A DNA stretch of 64,000 nucleotides from Marsupella aquatica (GCA_973895155.1 OZ316893.1:10669660-10733659), one strand, 5' to 3'. Counted from the stretch's first letter, positions 12,269 to 26,899 are shown. The notes: a model not told the origin generated them from the sequence alone. Made by a program: numbers and translations.

Positions 12269-14276
12269 ATGGACCCTGCCCAGAATAGCCCAGATGTACT
12301 GTCCTCCGCAAAACATGGGCGCAAGCAGTGTGGAAATTCACGAAGAGAAAGTCATATGGAGCCATCTAGTCACTCGATATTGTCCAGGGATTGGGAGAGC
12401 ACTGCTAGTGAGTGACATTTAAGGATATTTACTACCTGCTAAGGAGAATTGGATCTTGAAGACAAATTGGACGAAGTGAAAGGTTGGATGAAGAACGAGG
12501 AAGAGACACAATCAAACTACAATGGTTTTGGATGATTTCTATCATATCCCCTATCATCCGAGCGCAGTGCATTTCGTGTCCCTTGTCTATCTATCTGTCG
12601 TGCATTCTACTGAACTGAGCAATAAGTCGCTCCATATTCCGTAATCATTCATTCTTTGCGCCCATGCAGTGCATTTCGTGCACCTTATCTATCTGTCGTG
12701 AATTCTACTGAATTTGAGCAATAGTCGCTCCATATGCCATATTCATTCGTGCGTTGAGCCGAGGCACTGCATTCCGTGCCCCTTGTCTATCTATTTGTTG
12801 CGAATTGACTGAATTTTAGCAGTACGTCCCTCCATATTCCATATTCATTCATTCGTTCGCTGAGCTCACGCAGTGCATTTCGTGCCCTTATCTATCTGTA
12901 CTGAATTGTACTGAATTCGAGCAATAGGTCGCTTCATATTCCATATTCATTCGTTCGTTGATCCCAAGCAGTGCATTCTGTGCCCCTTGTCTATCTACCT
13001 GTAGTGAATTGTACTGTATCCGAGCAATAGTCTGCCCATATTCTTTTGTCGTTGAGCCTCTACCGACGTCTGGTCAAAGTGATCGCCGAGGTCTAGCTAG
13101 ATAGTAGTTGTCATGATACTCACCAAGAAGTTGGCATGATGTAGGTAGCAAAAAGCAGCTGGACAGAAGAACATGCAGCTCTCTGTCGGAATCAGTAGCA
13201 AGTTCTCCTTCACAGTCCTCCAGGAGTTCCGTTATCCCTGCTCAGTTTGAGCTAATTTGGTGGGACAAGGGTTCAGACTCGAGAAAAGGAGTTTCAGTTT
13301 GGCAACCGAAACCCCCCCCTGGCTATGCTGTACTCGGTGATTGTCTCGTTGAAGGGTACGTTTAATCAAATAGGCAGTTGTCTACTTGACTGGTTCAGCT
13401 GGTCCTGAAACAAAAAACTAAATGGACTGTGCTCTTTGTCCAGAGTTGTCCCATAACATCTAGACCCTATGGGAAACGGGTCCATGAGTGATGATTTCAG
13501 TCTATGTTACCTATTACTAATCCATTTCCCTTCGATTGCCCAATTATCAGATTGGAACCGCCGAGGTGTACCATAGGTCTCGTAGATGATAAAACTGGTA
13601 TTCTCACAAAGCCCACAACGTATCAGCCGTCGGTACACATTTCAGGGAAGGGATTAGAAGATGTATACTTCTGGTTTCCTGTTGCCCGAGAAGGTTATGT
13701 TGCTATGGGGTGCATTGCTACAAAGACACAACAGAAGCCACCTGTAGATCATGTCTGGTGCGTACGCAGTGATTATGCAACTCAGGTCAATTTCGTAAAG
13801 AGACCAATCTGGAGTATGCCTGCTACCCAGGACCAATGCAGTCTGTGGAAGACACAAACTCAGGTATCAATCACACGTCTCCATTTATTACAAAGTTACA
13901 TGACGTTCTGTCAATTCTGTCAATTCTGGAACTAATGGATTCTTTCCTCACAACGGCCTGCTCTGCTTTTGGCCAGGCTCATACTTTCATTGCTCAACCT
14001 AATTTTGAAAGACCACCGGCCTACCTGGCAAACTATTTTGGTAATGGGAACTGTAGAGATGACTCGAGAGCTGATACACGCGACAACTCTGCTGCTGATA
14101 AGGCCTATGGGTCTATCCATGAACCCACTAGTTGGTGGGTGAGGGCAGGGCCTCTTGTCTTAGTAGGATTATGCTTTGTGACTAACTATTATTTCCCAGC
14201 TACTAAACTCACCCCTAAAGTCTACTCTATAGCAGAAGATCTAGAAAAAGCAATTACTACTCGCTTATTTGGGTGA
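12269..14276 (+). CDS. Vps62/DUF946-like domain protein with C-terminal hydrophobic anchor; proposed exons 12269-12407, 13145-13355, 13551-13863, 13977-14276 (~320 aa)
   Basis: FELIWWDKGSD..VSVWQPKPPPGYAVLGDCLVEGLEPP and FWFPVAREGYVAMGCIAT...PPVDHVWCVRSD resemble the Vps62-like repeats of plant VPS13; splice phases are consistent; exon 1 is tentative. Confidence 0.7.
12560..13045. repeat. Tandem repeat, ~100-bp unit x5, in the proposed intron 1
   Basis: Recurring gcagtgcatttcgtg...cttgtctatcta...tactgaa...gagcaatag..gctccatatt. Confidence 0.9.
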
Positions 14277-15380
14277 TGAAGGCCTATGAAGTACGTTGAG
14301 AATATAAATGGAGCACATTCACTGTAATAAATGGTATGTACATGGATTCTCCATCCGAGCTATGCATCTTTCTACGATTATGAACTCAAATCAGTTATAT
14401 GCTATGCCTGATGAAGAAGCACTCATTGAGAATAACTCGAGCCATCTATGTCACAGTGAATGCAACACTAATCTTGAATGTAAGAGTCCAATAAACTGCT
14501 TTGAAGCGTGATAAACCATCGAAGATCTATCTTATCCATCCTTTGAAACTTCGCAAAAGTCGGAAGCATTAAAGTGCGGCTCGAGAGCACAGGCCGTAAA
14601 GCGCGGCAATGAACATTCTATTCCAATTTTTAGGAATTGTGAAACAGGCGACTCTGAGGAGAACACCGTAGCAGCTTAACCCGACTTTTCTTTACATATC
14701 AATGCTCTCACAGCTTGCAAGAAGAGGTCGAGTACTAGTGTTTTGGCGGACTCGTTGTCATAACGATTTTCCCACGATCCTCCTAGTTGCGCTGCGCTGC
14801 ACTGCACTTGGGCTGAGCTGAGTCTTGTATTGCGTACTATGATTAAATCTTGACAGACATTGTGTTCAGTGACTCCAAAATCTAGACAAGCTCGTTTCCG
14901 GAACTGGAAAGTTTCCGCATGACGAAGAACATGGTAGGTCAAATTTTGACCGTCAGAGACGTGTGGCGACAATCGATCATTGAGGTCAGGAGCTCACTAC
15001 TTTAAGTGCTCCCTGCAAATTGCGCTCCCCTGCTGTTATGAAGTTGAGGACCGTCTCAACACAACCAATTGACATCAAATAGCCGCTGGATATCAAAATA
15101 CTGCCACGAATTTTTAGTGGAGCCTTTCAGATCAGCCAACCCCGGCCCACCGCGACTTAACTGCGAACGCAATTGGGCCACTCACTCATGTTTGGACATG
15201 ACGAATTAGAGTTCCATTTGGTAATACATCGCGTCTCGGATAGACTGCATTCGCCGTGTCAGGCTCCTTCCAAGAACTTCTCAAGTATCAGCCACGCACA
15301 TCGACGAAAATTGTTCGTAAGGATCCAGAAGCTCTCGTAAACAGAGTCTTAGGGTGAATCGTCTTAGGGTGAATCAATTG

Positions 15381-15612
15381 ACCGGTAACAACGGCGATTA
15401 GAAGCAGGATTTGTATGACAATATGGCATTGGATGTTTTTGATGATATTGATTGTCATCGTGTTTCTGATTGCCGTTGCTACTGGCCTAGTGGATCCTTT
15501 GACCGGAACCCCGGCGATTACAAGCAGGGATTTGTATGACAATACACGGCTTCCGGGGATGTCAATGATGATATTGATCGTCACAGTGTTTCTGATTGTC
15601 ATTGCTACTGGC
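15381..15612. repeat. Two diverged direct copies of a ~120-bp unit
   Basis: accgg...cggcgatta.aagcag..atttgtatgacaata...gatgatattgat.gtca...gtgtttctgattg...ttgctactggcc occurs twice. Confidence 0.85.
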
Positions 15613-15684
15613 CAGAGCTGCTAGCTCAAGTCTTCTCGATGAGCCCGGTCAAACCATTCGGGAAATCCTAACCAAACCTAGACA

Positions 15685-15749
15685 TTGTATTGATGAGTGT
15701 ATTGATGGAGTGTATTGATGAGTGTATTGATGAGTGTATTGATGAGTGT
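15685..15749. repeat. 12-bp minisatellite (gtattgatgagt) x5
   Basis: Read directly from the sequence. Confidence 0.9.
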
Positions 15750-16405
15750 CTGATCCAATTGGTCCCTAACTGCATTATCTAACTCGGCTGTTGCAATCCA
15801 TTGTCTGCACTTGACAAGTTCGGTCTCATGGAAATTTTGACAATATTTACTCGATCTGGACCTTCTGTGGCGACGGTCACAATATGACTTCGTTCACCAT
15901 GTTGCATTGCAGACAAGTGACTGGCCGGGAAGGAAATTGACCTGATGTTAAGAAAACTGTTCATCATCTTGCATTCCAGACATAAGAATCCATTACGTAT
16001 ACAGGAGGAAAATTCGCAATTGAGGAGGACAAGTCAGTTGGAGCTCGACGATGCAGGATCGTCTACAAATGTAATTACAAAGTATCGAAACATTTTCTCA
16101 TCCTAGGGAAGGAACTTCACTCTGTACAGGAATTCATGCGTTTCGGCGTCGAGTGCACTGAACTCCTGCCGATCTATCAATAAAATATTATTTAGATGAA
16201 GCAAACTATAGATCCAGCCTTAAGTGAACACGAACGGAAAATGCTGGTTGAGAGAAAAATCTAGAGACGCTTTGTTTTGAGAACCAAAGAGAATGAGAAA
16301 TTGCTAATGAGATGCCTTGACTAGGATCTTCTCAGCTATATGTCAAGCTAGCATCGCAACGGAGATGATAGATCTCCAGAGAATTAGAAGCAGTTCGGTC
16401 TATGC

Positions 16406-17252
16406 TTAAGCATAAGCTCCGGTCTTGTTCACGTATGTGCACAATCCCATGAACAGCTTGACCAGTCCCTCCTTGGCGTGTGCCATGGCGCCTTCATTTT
16501 CGCCCTCGTACTCGACCGTGGACTGCCACTTGCAGCTGGTATCGTCGATGGGGGTGAATTTGATCGTGTTTACCCACTTTGTGAATCCTTGACCAAGGTG
16601 TCCTGCCTCAACCTCTTCGGTGACGAGGGTCATGGCGGCAGTATCCAAGGAGACGAGTTTCTCCTTCACGTAGGCACCCTCTGGAGCAGCTGTTTGAATG
16701 AATGGAACCGATGTCAAATGAGAGTCAGCTAAAATTGATCGATACATGACACGCAATTGAGAGAAATGTTTAATCAGATCCAGACCACGATTTCCAGTGG
16801 AATAATCGCAAATGTTCCTCCGAGAACTGTTCCATGAGAAAATTAATTACATGACCTCTGAGGCTGTGGAATTGGTACAAGGGGAGTTCATCGAACTCTC
16901 TCGGACGACCATGTAAGTCTGATCAAGTAAAGAAGAACCACAAAACCATTGAGCTTCGTTCCTATTCTCGTTGAAATTGAATACTGTAGATAGATACTCT
17001 CGTCTCATGCTGAGGTTGGAAATGAGCAGAGTCATAGGCACAGGCAGAAGAAATGGGTTCAGCTGACAACTTACCAGAGCCAAGCTTAATGAGACGAATC
17101 GCGCCCACCGCATCAACGGGGCCATCGACGTGCTCCATGCTGCTGACTGCGTGAGGGGCGATTTTGGGCACAACCACTGGGGAATCCTTCAATGCCTTCC
17201 AGACACGGGGGGCAGAGGCGGGCAAATCAGCTCCAACTGTGAAGGTCGGCAT
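16406..17252 (-). CDS. Bet v 1 / PR-10 (START-like) family protein, copy 1; exons 17252-17075 and 16689-16406 (153 aa)
   Basis: SAPRVWKAL, G..DAVGAIRLIKLG (Gly-loop equivalent), YVKEKL, TIKFTP..SCKW..VEYE; one phase-1 GT-AG intron. Confidence 0.88.
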
Positions 17253-17701
17253 TGTCGGACAACGGAGTGGTCACTCGCTTCAAAACTACAAATCGGACGA
17301 GATTGGATGAGATTTCCAACAAACAGGGGGGCGAATTGCAGAGGCAGATGATCGATGGAATGCGAGGTCGAGCTGCGAATGATGTCTTGTTGCAATGCAG
17401 GGGAGAGGCGGAGCTATTTATATGACATCCTGGAAACATCCGAAGCTTGAAAATTTTGAAAAATTCTCAATGCGGACGCGGATCCCAACAATTTCGATCG
17501 GTGGATGTTGCCAGGTCTTCGTGTAAATCTGATGCTGCGGCTGACTTTCGGTGGGGCCTGTGGTCGGGAGGGTCTTCTTCAGGGCGAGAGGGAATACTTT
17601 TGCAAAGTACAGCATGGGGAAGAGTCGGTCATGTGGGAAGGACGGTCGAGTCTGACGCGCGTGTCCCTAGAGGGCACTGCTAATATAGTGTGCGTGCGCT
17701 A

Positions 17702-19480
17702 AGGACCGGCAGGCACGGTCCTAAGAACGCCATGACTTTCGGGGTACCTTTTGGACCATTTCCGATTCTTCATGTGGTATAATTATACCAGACTTAATGC
17801 CCTGATTTTGAAGCCCCCATGGATCACAAGGTTGGTATTTGAAACCCCCATGGACCAGGGCCACATTTCCCACAATTTGAGCTTAATTGTAATAATTTCA
17901 TGTTCATAAAATTCAGATGTTTTCCTAAGATATGGGGATATGGTATAGGGAATAGGTAAGCTATACTTCCACCAAATTGATGGTGAATGTTTTGGCCATT
18001 TTGGTTGAGATTTTTTTTTACAGTAGAATGGGGAAGGGAAAATACACTAGATTAATATTCATTGTGTTCGTATGAAATGTTCGGGCTTGTGTTTATCTGG
18101 TCTCTTTCTCTAGTTGCCTTGCAGGCCCAAAGTAAAAATTATTTGAAGAGTCATAATCATTAAGTTGGCCCCCCTCAAACTTCCATGGATCACGGGAGCA
18201 CTGTGTTTAACATGGTGGTCCATCCTGGCTAATTACTTTGGGACGTGTCCAATTCTTAAGGTTGTCCTGCATGTGTGAGGTTCTAAAAAAATTGGCCCTC
18301 ACAGTTAACTGATGGCCATGTATGAGTGCAATAGACTTTCATGTTTCAACTCCCTCTCAAGAAGGCCTGCCTGATGGCAACATCTCTAGAAGCTTTCTGG
18401 CCCTTCACATGTTGACCTTTAAAGTTTGGATGAATCAAAGGAAAGCACTCTCTGTACATGTTGTTTAACTGCGAGAGTTCTTGCATACTGGCCTGTGAAA
18501 TCTGAATGTGTTAACAACAGCCACCGACAAGCAAAAGCTTTGACACTTCACACACATTGCAGGGTAGCAATCCACTTTTTCCTACAATACAGGAGTGCTG
18601 AGGGCCATAAATTAGAGGACCCGTTACATACAATCCACTTTTTCCAACAATACAGGAGTGTTGAGGGCCATAAATTAGAGGACCCTTTACATGCAAGACT
18701 ACCCTAAGAACCCCATGACTGTTGTTGTACCTTTGGGATACCCTAAGAACCCCATGACTATTGTTGTACCTTTGGGACTGTTTCCAATCCTTACGTTGTA
18801 TCTACCAGACTTAATGCCCTTCTTCTTGCATGTGTGAGGTCCTCACAAAACCGGCCCTTAAGTTAAGTGTGGCAATGTAAGAGTGAACCAGACTTTTTAT
18901 GCCTCAAGGCAAGACTGACGGCAGCATTCGAGGAGATCCAAGGGCAAGGGGTGGAAACCTTCTAGCTTTCACATCCCTACCTTTGAACTTTGAATGAAAC
19001 AAAGGAAAGTACTTTACACATCTTGTTTAACCAGGCTGTGTGAAATATTGCCCTGTGAAATCTGGAAGTTTGAAACAAGAACCATGGACAAGCAAAGGCT
19101 TCAACAGACATTGCAGTGTAGCAGATTCTGTGGGGAAAGGCAATCCACTCTTATCTAACAATATAGGAGTGGTAAGGGCAAGGAATAGACGAACATGCAA
19201 GATGCCCTTATGTGGTATTTTCCAAACTTGATGCCCTGCATGCAATTTTGCTTTGGAATTCCTTTGGGACCGTTTCCCATTCTTATGTGAGATTTACCAG
19301 GCTCAATGCCCTTTGTGATTCTTCCCTTAGTTTGCAATTCCTTTGAGAACAGTTTTTATCTTATGTATATTTGCCAGACTTGATGCCCTTCTTGATTTTC
19401 CATTGGAAGTCCTTTGTGACTTTTTTCAATCTTATGTGGTGTTTACCAGACTTTCGTGATTTTTCCCTTTGTGATTTTTC
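17702..19480. repeat. Degenerate, internally duplicated region upstream of PR-10 copy 1; includes 60-bp x2 (18567-18690) and 39-bp x2 (18700-18778) repeats
   Basis: cctaagaac.ccatgact...taccagacttaatgccct recurs at ~17720-17800, ~18740-18820 and in degenerate form at 19200-19460; 18260-18560 resembles 18830-19110. Confidence 0.6.
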
Positions 19481-22400
19481 AAGGCATTTCATTGGAGAAG
19501 AATCAACACTCAAGATTTAGACAACTTGAGAAGATTCCCTCTACTTTTACTAAAATAAGTAAAAAAGAAATCTCTTAGGCAATTAAGTGTATCAAGGTCC
19601 TGTTACCCAACATTAATACTAGCCACTCAAAATTGGACGTGAAGCTCTCATTTTTGGGGCATTATATGACACAATGCCTTGTAAACCAGTCTTTACAACA
19701 GAGTCATAAATGCACGGGATACACTTTATGCACTTCTCCATGGTTGCACTGCCCAGTAAGTGCATGGGAAATCGCTTAGTATACACTTTCTCACATATGT
19801 TCCTAGGTCACACATACTGGACTCCTCATATCCAGATAAGTACATGCGACTACATTACGCATTACATGGTGACACTGGGTTCCCTGGTGAAAAAGAAAAT
19901 TCCTTAACATTACCCCTGGTTCACACTCCCAAGTAGCTGTCCCAAGGTTGTGAAGGGGCAGTTGCCGAGTCTGGAAGGGGGCCCCCTTTGGACAGCGGTA
20001 GAAGGCCTAACATGTTTATTTTCCGGGACACTAAATCCCAAAGTGGAGCCCTTGAACTCAATGTACTTTGGGATTTGTCTCCTGTAGAGTATTGTGCTTT
20101 ATAGGGGAGAATGCACAGTCGAGATTTGTAACTACGCCTTATGGAACTCCTCGGTCCTCTACTTTTTGCCCCAAAACCAGTAAACGTAATAAAGCTCGTA
20201 GGCCTGTAATAACATTCTATTATGAAGGCATTATGGGCAATAGCAGCCCCTCAAAACTCAAACTAAAGCCCTTGTTTCTAAGGATGTCATAGAGCATAAT
20301 GTCATGCCACTGTATACACAAAAAACTCGAGTTTCGAAGCCTGTCGACATATATGGTGGGCCAAACTTGGCACTCAACTGGTGAGGGTCAGACAAATTGA
20401 CGGTGATTTTGGTGCATGGGTGGTCTTTACCAACCGCACCAAATAATTTATAGAGGGCCTTGGGGTATGGGACTGGGTCCTGATTGCACTGGGCCCTATA
20501 CTTTGGAGCAGGCCTTGACTTCTTCTCGTGATTGTCAAAGGAAGTACTCAACACACGTACTGTAGATACAGGAAGGAGGACTTTGGGCAGGGACCACTAC
20601 AAAGGTCCAATACTATTTGGCTTTCTAAGGGGAACTTTACAAGAACCAGAGGACAATTATTGAGCATCTTTGGCTTTGCAGTCAATTGTACCGGAATTAT
20701 CCCTATCTTACGTGGGTCCGCCAAAATGCACGTGTATAGTTTAGTTTTGACCAAAATTTAGACCATTGTTCGAGGTCCTGGTAATTAGAAGGAACAACAT
20801 CCAATAACATAGTAGAACGGGTTCATCTTGGTATGGAAACTCTTCTACCTATGCCTGGGCACATGCAGCGTGACATAGTAAACTGTATGTCGCCGCGTTT
20901 TTATGAGCATTTACCAGAAGGACATCTCAATTGCTTCTCATTCTGTAATACAATATTCAGTGCATTGCATGACCACCCTTTTTGGTCGGGAATACTCTAA
21001 ATGGACCTCTGGATGAGGTATAATAAGACACAAGTGAGCCTTTGTTTTTCGTCCTCTTGTCTTTCCCCTAAGGACTTCAAGTGCGGATGACAATCACATT
21101 CGTTTCGAATTCCTTTGCTGGACTTTCTGGAGGCCCTGCATTGCATTACGACAGAAAGAGCTGATTAAAGAACTTCCATGAGCACTCTCTAGGAAAAAGG
21201 GGTCGAAGGAAAGATGAAACTGACGAAAGCAAAGGGAGTGAAAGGTCTGCTTGACCGCTCAGCTTGACTATTTTATCCCTTTCAAGATTTGTTACCCGTC
21301 TGGATCAGAGTCCACATGTTTTCTGCTTGTATGATTATGTATTACTTGAACAGGTTGAGGACTCCCTCCCTTTCTCTCGTGCCCAATTCCCCGTTCTTTC
21401 CGTAATAAGAGGGAAAGGGAGTAAATACATTTACTGTGATTCTTTGTCAACTTACAAAACTGGAGGTATTAGTCAAGTTGAGGAGTCTCACAAGGTAGCA
21501 GCATGATATGTTCTACCAATGGATGTTTGCAATAACCTCATCTTACCAGGTTTGAACTGACCGACACTTTGCAGTGTTGTCCGACACAGCAAGTTGTCAT
21601 TTGTTGGCCCCAAAAGGGGTCAAATGTCGTAAATTTGCCTATATTCCCTGGCCGGTCGGGACAGGCCGGGGTCAGGCCGGGTCGGGGCCGGGGACAGGCT
21701 GGGGCTGGGATGACCAGGTGTAACACATGTAGGATGTCGGGGTCCAGAGTCCAGACCCCGGACAAGTCCAAACTGGGTCATCTTAGCTTGCTTCCTCATT
21801 GTCCACTACCGAGAAGACAAAACTTACATGCAATAATCTCTAAATCCTTTAATGAACTTAAAATAGGGATGGACTGATAAGTTGTCTATGAAGCTCGCAT
21901 GGACAAATCCAGCTTGGATGGACTTGACTCAAACACACCTATATGCTTGGATACTATTTGTTACACTTGTGTCCAAAAATACCATGTTAGATCATCACTT
22001 TTGTTCACCTGTCCAAAAGTACCTTGTCAAAGACCACCTCTGTCCATTTTTGTCCAAAGATACCATGTACCAACCAAATCAGCATTGATTACAAGCCTTT
22101 CTCTTCATATCCTTTTCCCTCAAGCTAGTCACTTTAACAATTTTTTTTAAGAGTTCAATAAAAAACATAAAATATGTAAGGGATGTTTAGATATTTGTAT
22201 GCCTTATCTTGCCTTTATGGTAATAAAATTACATAGACTAAGCTCTTCACAATTTACTCTAGCACCTCAAAGTAGTTTACAGTGCAATGAGCAAAAGCAA
22301 AATTAATTCAATTTTTTCCTCAATAATATTTTTGTGTTTATAATAGATCGCAAAAATCCCACAAAAGGGGGAAACAAGCAACACAATCCCCATGAACCAA

Positions 22401-25084
22401 TCTAACCATTTTCACTAGGAAAACTGGGTGCAAATCTTGATTTTCATAGAACATTGCTCTTGAGGCGGAATTGTATTCTCCATAGAGTGTCGCTCTTGTG
22501 TTAAGGAGAGGTTTGACTTATTTTGCTACAACAAAGTTATCTCAGATATTAATATAAGAGCGTATTGTTGAGAAATCTTATTTTTTAGAGAACTTTGCTC
22601 TTTGACAAAGAGCACTTCAATTAAATTTCCCATTGCAGAGCTCCAAGAAATGATATTAATTTTTCAAAGAGCGTTGCTCTTGTTACAGTAAACACTTCCA
22701 ATACTTTACCGTTGCGGAGGTCTCAAAAAATGCAATTACAATGCCCAGAGAGACATGACTTTGTGATAACTCACTTGAGTAGAGACTGATAGGTATTGGG
22801 TTCAACTATTGTGGGCTAACTCTTCCTAACTATTGTGACTGACTTTTTCATTTCTGTGGGGTTTTTCAGATTTTTCTTTAAAATATTAAAAAATATTAAA
22901 AATATTAACAAAATTTCAAATACAATACTAGATGTAAATCTTTGTTTCATTTAATACATATTTTTAGTTCACTTTCAAGTGTACAGAGTCTCCTAATGTA
23001 CTTGAACTGTAGGTACACAGTTAATTAGACCATTGATTACCTATATTTTCTTATCATTAGATGCAAAATGTTTAGTTTATGTGCCACAGTCCATGGGATG
23101 ATGGGAGACAACCTTCAAGTCCATCAGGGTTTTGGTTTCTCCTTTAATTGTTACCCAACAATGATGCTGGATAAAAAGGTGCAGCAAATTCAGGAAGATA
23201 TATAGTATCCTGTGTTACCCAAGAATGAAGCTGAATGAAATGGTGCAACAGATACAACCGCTTGACAAGCACTTAGTCATGCCTACCTGACTTTGTCACT
23301 AGAAGCTGTCTTAGAAAGGACATGAGAAAAGCTTGTCGAGCTAGTAGTCATACGTTGATTTATTTTTAATTTTTTTCTAGATAGCTCATGGAACGCTACC
23401 ATATAACTGTTTATCAACTCTCGTTTCAAACCAACATGTGAGACAAAAATGTGGAGAAATAAACAATGCGGATGAACAATTGTCTAGAGCTGTGCTGGGT
23501 GAGTGTAGCCGTTTGTAATTTGACTTGCCCGGGTTTTTTCTCGAATAAAATTATCAAGAGACTCGGTCCTTCCTTTCAATGTACCACTTTCAAATGCCTT
23601 TGAACCCAGGGCGAAGCTCACTACGGAAAAGCAATGCCTCCCATCACCTTTCTTGAATGCCGATCCCCTTGACTTGATTGACCTTACAGAGTCTTTGTGT
23701 CCCCACCGTGGTGAGCTGGGGCATGGGACATGCTGCCAACGTATTTGATTACTCCCTAGTTTGGGAAAATTCGAAGAAAGGACATTGATTGTGCGCTGTT
23801 CGATTCTGTTTGATTCGATACCTGCGCCCAAAGTGGGAAGTACGAGCGTTTGACCCAGTAAGTTGTTTGCTGTCAATTTCGTGGGGATGGCTCATTAAAA
23901 CTTACTTTGCTGTGACAGTCCTTCGAACAGAACAAGAAGCACTCAGAGTCTAGAACCGACAAGAACATGCCAACAACATGATTATGACGTGTGAGACAGA
24001 AACGAGCAACACACCACCGTGACAACATCATAAGGGCAACATTCCACTGAAAGAGACGACACGAACAGTGTCCGGAAAGATGAGATGAGATGGGATGAGT
24101 TGAGATGAGATGCGGAAAACCGAGGGAAAAATTGGGTGTGGTTGTACACTCGTAAAGACAAGTTCAACTCTGGGCAGAGTAAGGTACGCTAAGTTGAAAT
24201 CATGTTTCTGGAATTATTAGTGGAATGTCGGTTGAAGACTTCATTCGAGTTCCGAGCCTCTTACAGCACCGGGTGGATAGAGCCATTGAAATTCATCGTT
24301 TGTTAGGCTTTCCTTAAATTGCCGAGAGTTCGAAACATTATTGCTATCGATCTCACTGTCCCCCATATGAGCCCAATATCAATTCACTACTACAATACAC
24401 ATGTGATTGCTTGGGTGCACATCGAATCACACAGGGAGACTGATGTCAATTGATGTCAGTCAAAGGCAAAAGAATGCACAAACCCACTTGGTTAATGGCC
24501 TACAGTATGTAAGAATCGATTTCTTAGGATATGAATGCACAGGCATTACCGTCAAGTTTGGGGTACAGTTTGGAGGGAGTAAACTTCATACCAAAGCCAT
24601 TGAATGCAGTCAGTGCAGAGAAGCGGGAGAGAATTTCACACCAACTGGCATTTCACATCGGCGAGACCATTAGAACAAATCCAAAAACTGGCACCAGGGA
24701 AATTTTCCAATGCGGGGACTCTTCAATTTAAGCTTAACGGCGCAGGATCGTCTGCAATGAACTTCCCTTATTGACAGAAACTTCGTGTTCAATTACACGA
24801 GCTTCCCGTTTCGCAAGAAGCCAACTTGTTTTGACTTCCCGTACTTGGAATTTCCAATCCTGAAATAATGCTTCTAGACGAATTATGAAATACTTTCCTA
24901 GTCAGCCACACAGATCGTCTAGGTCCACCATTTCGTGCACATGGCTGAAAACTACACTCATCTATTTGGAATCTCTGTACAGACACTCTTACAATCTCAA
25001 AAAGAGCGCTCATGAGATGTCCTACCGAGGATTCAATTTCTAAGTCTTCAGCCAAGCGACTACATATGCTGATGAAATGCCTGC

Positions 25085-25851
25085 TTAAGCATAGGCTCCT
25101 GTGGCGTTCACGTATGTAGCAAATCCCACGAACAGCTTGCCCATTCCTTCCTTGGCTTGAGCGATGGCGGCATCATTTTCACCTTCGTACTCGACCGAGG
25201 CGTCCCACTTGCAGCTAGTATCGCTCACGGGGGTCAACTTCCAGGTGGACACCCATTTGGTGAATCCCTGCACGAGATGTCCTCCCTCAATTTCTTCGGT
25301 AGTGACCGTCAAGGTGGGGTGATCCAAAACTAGGAGCTTCTCCTTCACAAAGGCGCCCGGTGGGGCAGCTGCACGTATCCGATCAGTAGAAAGCAAGAGT
25401 CAATTGGAGGTGGTCGACTTCAGGCAGGAAGAGAAATGCTGGATCCAGACTGCTATTTTAAGTTCCATTCATCATTGATTCAGCAAGAATAGAAAGCATT
25501 TCTCTGGGTTTCGTCGTTGGACTGCCGAAATTGTTTGTGCAAGAGTGCTTGGAACTCACAACGATGCTAATGTACAAAATTCCAGTTAATGTACAACAGG
25601 CAGACAATCTCCCTTCCCACCAGATGAAAGGACAAGGAGAGAGGAACAGAGTAGGATTCAGCTGAAAACCCACCAGTGCCGAGCTTAATAAGGCGAACAG
25701 CACCGACTTCCTCATCCTTTCCGTCAAGATGCTCTATGCTGGCGACGGCCTGAGGGGCGACCTTGGGAACGATAGTTGACGCATCCTTCAGTGCCTTCCA
25801 GACGCGGGGGGCAGAAGCTGGCAAGTCGGCGTCAACAGTGAAGCTCGGCAT
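25085..25851 (-). CDS. Bet v 1 / PR-10 family protein, copy 2; exons 25851-25674 and 25368-25085 (153 aa)
   Basis: Same exon sizes (178+284 nt) and motifs as copy 1. Confidence 0.88.
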
Positions 25852-26899
25852 TGTCGATTCAACGAAGGAACAACGGAAGCTTGGATTTGAGATCCGAAGA
25901 GATTGAGAAAAACTTCAGAAGAGCCGATCGACCGAGAGACTGATTGTGGATCCGAACAGATACTGAGAAAAAAGTCAGACGAGTGGATCGATCGATCTAC
26001 TGATTGTGGGAATGCTTTGCTGTGTACAAGGCATTGGGTGGGAGCTATTTATATGGTTTGCCTAGAGGATCATGCTGCAGAGTGCGACTTTCAACATAAA
26101 TTGGCGGATTTGCGAAAAGTGCGTAATTATTACTGTGACCCTGACTCTTTGAGCTAATTGGCCCAGGTGGCCGACAATCGTCAGTTCAAGGAATAATCAA
26201 ATATAATCAAAGGTCAGGTAATGTAAACAGAACAGTTTTCGATTCCATTCATGCCAACCTGGAGCACTTTCAGCCTTCTGAACTGGAATTGGGACTGTAC
26301 AAGGCGTGTAATACTGTATTTTAATTGGAATCCAAGAAACGGAACATGACATGATGTTTTAAAAGATAAAAGGGTAAAAATATGTATAAATGTATATGCT
26401 TGATGGACCCTGGCTAGAAAGCTTGGTGTCCACAAGCCTTATTCAGATCCATCTTTCAAGGTATTCCAAACCCATATGGATGAGACCCACAACCTGTAAA
26501 CCCTGAATTAAAACTTCTGTTGTGATGAGAATGATGGTGAAATTCATGGTTATCTTTTCTTAAAAGGCTATATGGATGCAGACCCGTTCAAGCAGAGCCT
26601 AAAGTAGAGATTTCTGGACGACAACATTCATATCGTCTACCTTCCAAACTTGCACAATTCTGACTACAAGCCTTACCGTTGCGGACTCGGTTCAAGCAGA
26701 GGCAAACGGCTGGTGAAAATTAGAGGCTTCCTTCCACACTTCCACAATATTGAGTTTTGCTTCTGGAAGACAAAATGCATGTTCTCTTCCTTTGAATGTT
26801 GTCTTCCTTCCACACTTAAACAATTTCGGGTTACAAACAACGATGCGACCCTATTGAAGTAGAGGCAAACCGCCAAATGCAGAGGCTTCGGGTGTCCTT

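Noticed and set aside
12560-13045. Regularly spaced repeats (also 26900-27320) as a CRISPR-like array
   Set aside because: Whole units are repeated with no unique spacers, the context is eukaryotic, and no cas genes are present; these are ordinary minisatellites.
19700-21800. Short ORFs and a G-rich tract (21650-21710) as a TE or gene
   Set aside because: No identifiable motifs; terminal inverted similarity is too weak.
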